A stretch of DNA of 64,000 nt from Octopus sinensis (lineage: Eukaryota). The notes below the pieces were generated by a model, which worked only from the letters and a program-made list of their open reading frames with translations, searched no databases and was not told where the DNA came from. The position numbers were made by a program, and so were the translations under genes. Shown piece by piece: positions 63,845 to 64,000 of the stretch. How positions within the stretch are numbered: the first letter of the stretch is position 1; each line of letters starts with the position of its first letter. The stretch lies in NCBI RefSeq assembly GCF_006345805.1, contig NC_042998.1, forward strand, positions 49,290,001 to 49,354,000, read 5' to 3'.

Positions 63845-64000
63845 CATATATACGACGGGCTTCTTTCAGTTTCCGTTTACCAAATCCACTCACAAGGCTT
63901 TGCTCGGCCCGAGGCTCTAGTAGAAGACACTTGCCTAAGGTGCCATGCTGTGGGAATGAACCCGGAACCATGTGGTTGGTAAGTAAGCTACTTACCACAC
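63612..64000 (-). mobile_element. SINE-A, 5' end cut by the window edge
   Basis: Collinear with 518-911 and relatively young. Confidence 0.8.

Noticed and set aside
816-63982. The many 60-150 aa ORFs in the track
   Set aside because: Apart from those overlapping the called exons, RTE and Helitron, they fall in SINEs, RTE tails, antisense frames or microsatellites and show no protein signature.

Overview
AT-rich, repeat-dense animal genomic DNA; the SINE/RTE-LINE landscape and (CAT)n/(TA)n microsatellites suggest a coleoid cephalopod such as Octopus (inference). Two host genes sit head-to-head around a CpG-retaining region near 48.5-48.8 kb. (1) An importin-alpha of the alpha-1 clade (KPNA1/5/6-like) on the minus strand: nine coding exons (324 codons) from 24254 down to 1060, continuing past the left edge, probably with a first exon ending at 48520. 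(2) MIX23/CCDC58 on the plus strand: three exons (109 codons) from 48785 to 63510, continuing past the right edge. The introns hold a young 5'-truncated RTE LINE with an intact RT ORF, about 20 further RTE fragments or 3' tails, three tRNA-derived SINE families, a decayed Helitron RepHel, a non-autonomous Helitron, a mariner fossil, TA-flanked pogo-like and TTAA-flanked piggyBac-like MITEs, and several long palindromes. Best leads: a frame-preserving 18-nt candidate microexon in importin-alpha with UGC motifs, inserting next to the major NLS groove; a C4HC3 PHD-type finger inside the RTE RT protein; possible ancient KPNA1-MIX23 linkage; a VNTR hairpin module in the RTE 3' UTR; and SINE head/tail swapping. 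Coordinates were read by eye; repeat boundaries are approximate.
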